A stretch of DNA of 64,000 nucleotides from Synechococcales cyanobacterium VAR_4_metabat_354. GTDB taxonomy: Bacteria; Cyanobacteriota; Cyanobacteriia; Cyanobacteriales; Chamaesiphonaceae. This document shows, piece after piece, positions 60,757 to 64,000 of this stretch; positions within the stretch are counted from its first letter, which is position 1; every line of letters starts with the position of its first letter. The notes under the pieces are model-generated. The model was not told where the DNA came from. It ran no database searches and saw only the letters and a list, made by a program, of their open reading frames with translations. The position numbers and the translations under genes were made by a program. The stretch is taken from positions 64,001-128,000 of the forward strand of contig JANOQI010000062.1 of NCBI GenBank assembly GCA_031414775.1, written 5' to 3'.

Positions 60757-62082
60757 ATGAATAAAAAATTTAGTTGGTTGGTCTTTTTTAGTTTGATCGG
60801 CATTGTTCTTAATCCTACTGCTGCCAGAGCTAATCAGCTGGTAAGCTGGCGTTTCAATACTGAACGTAACGTCATTGGGCTAACCACAAATGCCGGAGTC
60901 ACACCAACAGTTTTTTTATTAAGTAATCCCAATCGGTTAGTCGTCGATCTGCCCAGCGTTGCCAAAAAAGGAGCAACCATCCGTACTAAGTATGGCGGAG
61001 CTATTCGCGAAATTCGGATTTCGGAGATCGATGGCAGCACCAGAGCGGTGATTGAGCTAGCACCGGGTTATGGGGTCTCATCTCGCAATATCAAGGTGGC
61101 TAGTGATTCGCCGCGCAAGTGGTATGTCCGTTTACAGTCAATCGAGAATGGTATTCCACCCAGTACTGGTGAAACACGAGAAGCAATTAGAGTTCCGACC
61201 GAAGGCTCAGTTTTGCCAACAGCAACAGCCCCTACCAGCCGTCCTGTCATTCGCACCATTCCCTCTAAAGGTCAGATTTTTGCTGCTAACATCGCCTTTG
61301 GGGAAGAACTAGCCCCCTTGCGGACTCAACTCAAAAGCCTGATGACTAAATACAAATTTCTGTCTCCAGGCATGTTTTTCATGGATGTGGAAACTGGTGA
61401 TTATGTAGATATCGACGGTGACAAAATTTTCCCAGCCGCCAGCACCATCAAACTCCCCATTTTGGTAGCCTTTTTTGAAGCTGTCGATGCTGGCCGCATT
61501 CGGCTCGATGAAACATTAGAAGTGAAAAGATCCCTAATTGCTAGTGGTTCTGGCAACTTGCAGTATTCACCCGGTGCCAAGCTCAGTGCCTTGGCCACCG
61601 CCACCAAGATGATTGTGATTAGTGATAACACCGCCACTAATATGATTGTCAGTCGCTTAGGGGGGCTGGCAGCGGTTAATCAACGCTTCCGGGAATGGGG
61701 ATTGGCCAACACGTATATGCAAAACTACTTGGGCGACTTCAAAGGCACCAATAAGACCAGTGCCATGGATCTAGTGAAGGCTTCGGCTTTGATTGCTAGA
61801 CGCCGCATCATCAGTGAGAGTAGTCGGGTCAAAGCACTGGATATTCTCAATGCTACCTCCAATCGGAAGCTACTCAAGGCTGGTCTGGGAGAAGGCGCTC
61901 ACATTGCTCACAAAACTGGGGATATTGGTTTTGTTATTGGCGATGCTGGGATTGTGGAAATGCCTTCGGGTAAGTTGTACTTAGCTGGTATTTTTGTCCG
62001 TCGTCCCTACGACGACTTACGTGCTCGGGATTTTGTCCAGAAGGTATCTCGCATTACCTATAGATATCTGGTGAATCGTTAG
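60757..62082 (+). CDS. AMIN domain + class A beta-lactamase-like serine hydrolase
   Basis: AMIN N-domain; ASTIK (SxxK), SDN, HKTG motifs. Confidence 0.92.
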   Translation: MNKKFSWLVFFSLIGIVLNPTAARANQLVSWRFNTERNVIGLTTNAGVTPTVFLLSNPNRLVVDLPSVAKKGATIRTKYGGAIREIRISEIDGSTRAVIELAPGYGVSSRNIKVASDSPRKWYVRLQSIENGIPPSTGETREAIRVPTEGSVLPTATAPTSRPVIRTIPSKGQIFAANIAFGEELAPLRTQLKSLMTKYKFLSPGMFFMDVETGDYVDIDGDKIFPAASTIKLPILVAFFEAVDAGRIRLDETLEVKRSLIASGSGNLQYSPGAKLSALATATKMIVISDNTATNMIVSRLGGLAAVNQRFREWGLANTYMQNYLGDFKGTNKTSAMDLVKASALIARRRIISESSRVKALDILNATSNRKLLKAGLGEGAHIAHKTGDIGFVIGDAGIVEMPSGKLYLAGIFVRRPYDDLRARDFVQKVSRITYRYLVNR

Positions 62083-62210
62083 TAATTGACGTTAGGGTGT
62101 TCGATCGACATCAAAATCTCGGTTAATCTTCCGTTGATCATTAATGTGTGGCTAGAGCCGTAGATCCGTCTGTATAATGATTGCTAGGCATTTCAACCCG
62201 AACCAAAGCT

Positions 62211-63395
62211 ATGACCCAGTTAGAGACCAGAATTGAGCCAATGGTGCTAAACATGGGGCCGCACCACCCCTCCATGCATGGCGTATTGCGGCTGATTGTC
62301 ACCCTGGATGGGGAAGATGTCGTAGACTGCGAACCAGTCATCGGCTATTTGCATCGGGGCATGGAAAAAATTGCCGAAAGCCGTACCAATGTCATGTACG
62401 TGCCCTATGTGAGTCGTTGGGACTATGCCGCTGGCATGTTTAACGAAGCAATCACCGTCAATGCCCCAGAAAAACTGGCCAATATCCCCGTTCCAAAACG
62501 TGCCAGCTACATTCGGGTGATCATGCTAGAGCTGAACCGCATTGCCAACCACTTACTATGGCTGGGTCCATTTATGGCGGATGTCGGTGCCCAAACCCCC
62601 TTCTTTTACATTTTCCGCGAACGGGAAATGATCTACGATCTCTGGGAAGCAGCCACTGGCTATCGGATGGTCAATAATAATTATTTTCGGATTGGTGGTT
62701 TGGCAGTAGATTTACCCTACGGCTGGGTAGATAAATGTTTAGACTTTTGTGATTATTTTGATCCCAAGGTTGATGAATACGAAAAATTAATCACTAACAA
62801 CCCCATCTTCCGCAAACGGGTCGAAGGGATCGGGACGATCGGACGCGAGGAAGCGATCAACTGGGGATTATCGGGTCCCATGCTACGGGCTTCTGGGGTT
62901 AATTGGGACTTACGCAAAGTCGATCATTACGAGTGCTATGACGACTTTGAATGGGAAGTCGCCTGGGAAACGGGTGGTGATTGCCTTGCTCGCTACTTTG
63001 TCCGGATGAAAGAAATGCGCGAATCGGTCAAAATTATTCGGCAAGCGATCGCTGGTCTGCCTGGCGGTTCTTACGAAAATTTGGAAGCCAAGCGGCTGGC
63101 AGCTGGTCCTAAATCGGAGTGGGATGGCCCAGACTATCAGTATGTCAGCAAGAAAATTGCGCCTACTTTTAAGATCCCGAAAGGCGAACACTATGTCCGG
63201 CTAGAGTCTGGCAAAGGTGAAGTCGGTATTTTTATCATGGGCGAAGATCATGTCTTTCCGGGGCGCTGGAAAATCCGGGCGGCTGATTTTAACAATCTAC
63301 AAATCTTGCCCCATATCCTCAAAGGGGTAAAAATTGCTGACTTAGTAACGATTCTAGGTAGCATCGATATCATTATGGGTTCAGTCGATCGATAA
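62211..63395 (+). CDS. ndhH: NAD(P)H-quinone oxidoreductase subunit H
   Basis: [33 protein letters not shown]. Confidence 0.98.
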   Translation: MTQLETRIEPMVLNMGPHHPSMHGVLRLIVTLDGEDVVDCEPVIGYLHRGMEKIAESRTNVMYVPYVSRWDYAAGMFNEAITVNAPEKLANIPVPKRASYIRVIMLELNRIANHLLWLGPFMADVGAQTPFFYIFREREMIYDLWEAATGYRMVNNNYFRIGGLAVDLPYGWVDKCLDFCDYFDPKVDEYEKLITNNPIFRKRVEGIGTIGREEAINWGLSGPMLRASGVNWDLRKVDHYECYDDFEWEVAWETGGDCLARYFVRMKEMRESVKIIRQAIAGLPGGSYENLEAKRLAAGPKSEWDGPDYQYVSKKIAPTFKIPKGEHYVRLESGKGEVGIFIMGEDHVFPGRWKIRAADFNNLQILPHILKGVKIADLVTILGSIDIIMGSVDR

Positions 63396-63397
63396 CC

Positions 63398-63814
63398 ATG
63401 ACTCCAACTCTACTTGGCCGCTGGCAACAGCGTTTGTTAGTGTTACCGACTATTGGTTTGCTATTGTCCCTGCCCCTAGCAATTAGTCAACACAGCTGGT
63501 ACTACATAATAGTTTTGTTTTATATTGGTATCGGCGGTTGCCTTTGGGACACTCTCTATCAACAACTGCAAAAAATGCGCTGGGATAACGACTGGCCAGG
63601 TTTACTCCAACTAGCTGGTGCCATTGCTGAAGGTTTGTTCTTGTCAATATTACTCAAGGTAAATATGATAGTGGGCATCAAGGCGAGTGAGCTGAACGGA
63701 ATCATGCCATTCATTCATTATGCGATCGTCAGTTTTGCCATGTTTATAGCCGCACAGAGTCTGTTACCAGTTCTATTTCCTCATGCCCGCTATCGAGGTC
63801 GTCAGTGGTTATAG
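63398..63814 (+). CDS. hypothetical membrane protein
   Basis: MTPTLLGRWQ, RWDNDWP, 4 TM segments; starts 2 nt after ndhH. Confidence 0.8.
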   Translation: MTPTLLGRWQQRLLVLPTIGLLLSLPLAISQHSWYYIIVLFYIGIGGCLWDTLYQQLQKMRWDNDWPGLLQLAGAIAEGLFLSILLKVNMIVGIKASELNGIMPFIHYAIVSFAMFIAAQSLLPVLFPHARYRGRQWL

Positions 63815-64000
63815 AAAGCATTCTTAATAAAAGAGTGAAAGAATAAACTGGTAAAGAATTGTCCGGAAATCCTCACAATTTGTTGTGCTAGGCTTAAGCA
63901 AGGCAGGTTAAAATAGATTTGCCCAGAGGAATTTAGTTCTTTTAGCTTAACTAAAGCTAAAAAATGTAAACTGTCTGTTGCTAAAACCGACTGTGGCTGA

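Overview
Chromosomal segment of a cyanobacterium, shown by apcD, psbY, psb30, chlM, CAB-tailed hemH, ndhH, nblR, pmgA and abundant CGATCG/HIP1-type palindromes, often as TCGATCGA. It is mostly core housekeeping and photosynthesis genes (secA, rlmD, pilT, gnd, crtH, desC, argZ-putA, leuS, gshA, rel/spoT-patD, cbiD, plsC, ileS) with single accessory genes between them. I recognised no rRNA, tRNA, CRISPR array, transposase or prophage. Most notable: (1) a 592-aa protein whose middle mirrors, motif by motif, the integrin-beta headpiece (beta-I/vWA domain nested in a hybrid-like beta domain); (2) three unrelated 18-, 24- and 30-nt in-frame insertions, each at the GAT^CG position of a HIP1 core inside phzF, argZ and putA; (3) a G-U-rich hairpin and an NtcA-type promoter upstream of a porin; (4) a solitary AIPR defence-type gene, a chimeric TPR/pentapeptide gene and a frameshifted antitoxin-like remnant around leuS; (5) a DUF5895-like gene between two genes that each lack their usual partner; (6) an orphan gene overlapping its convergent neighbour by 90 bp; (7) a tandem AMIN-domain duplication. 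All family assignments come from motif recognition by eye; no searches were run.
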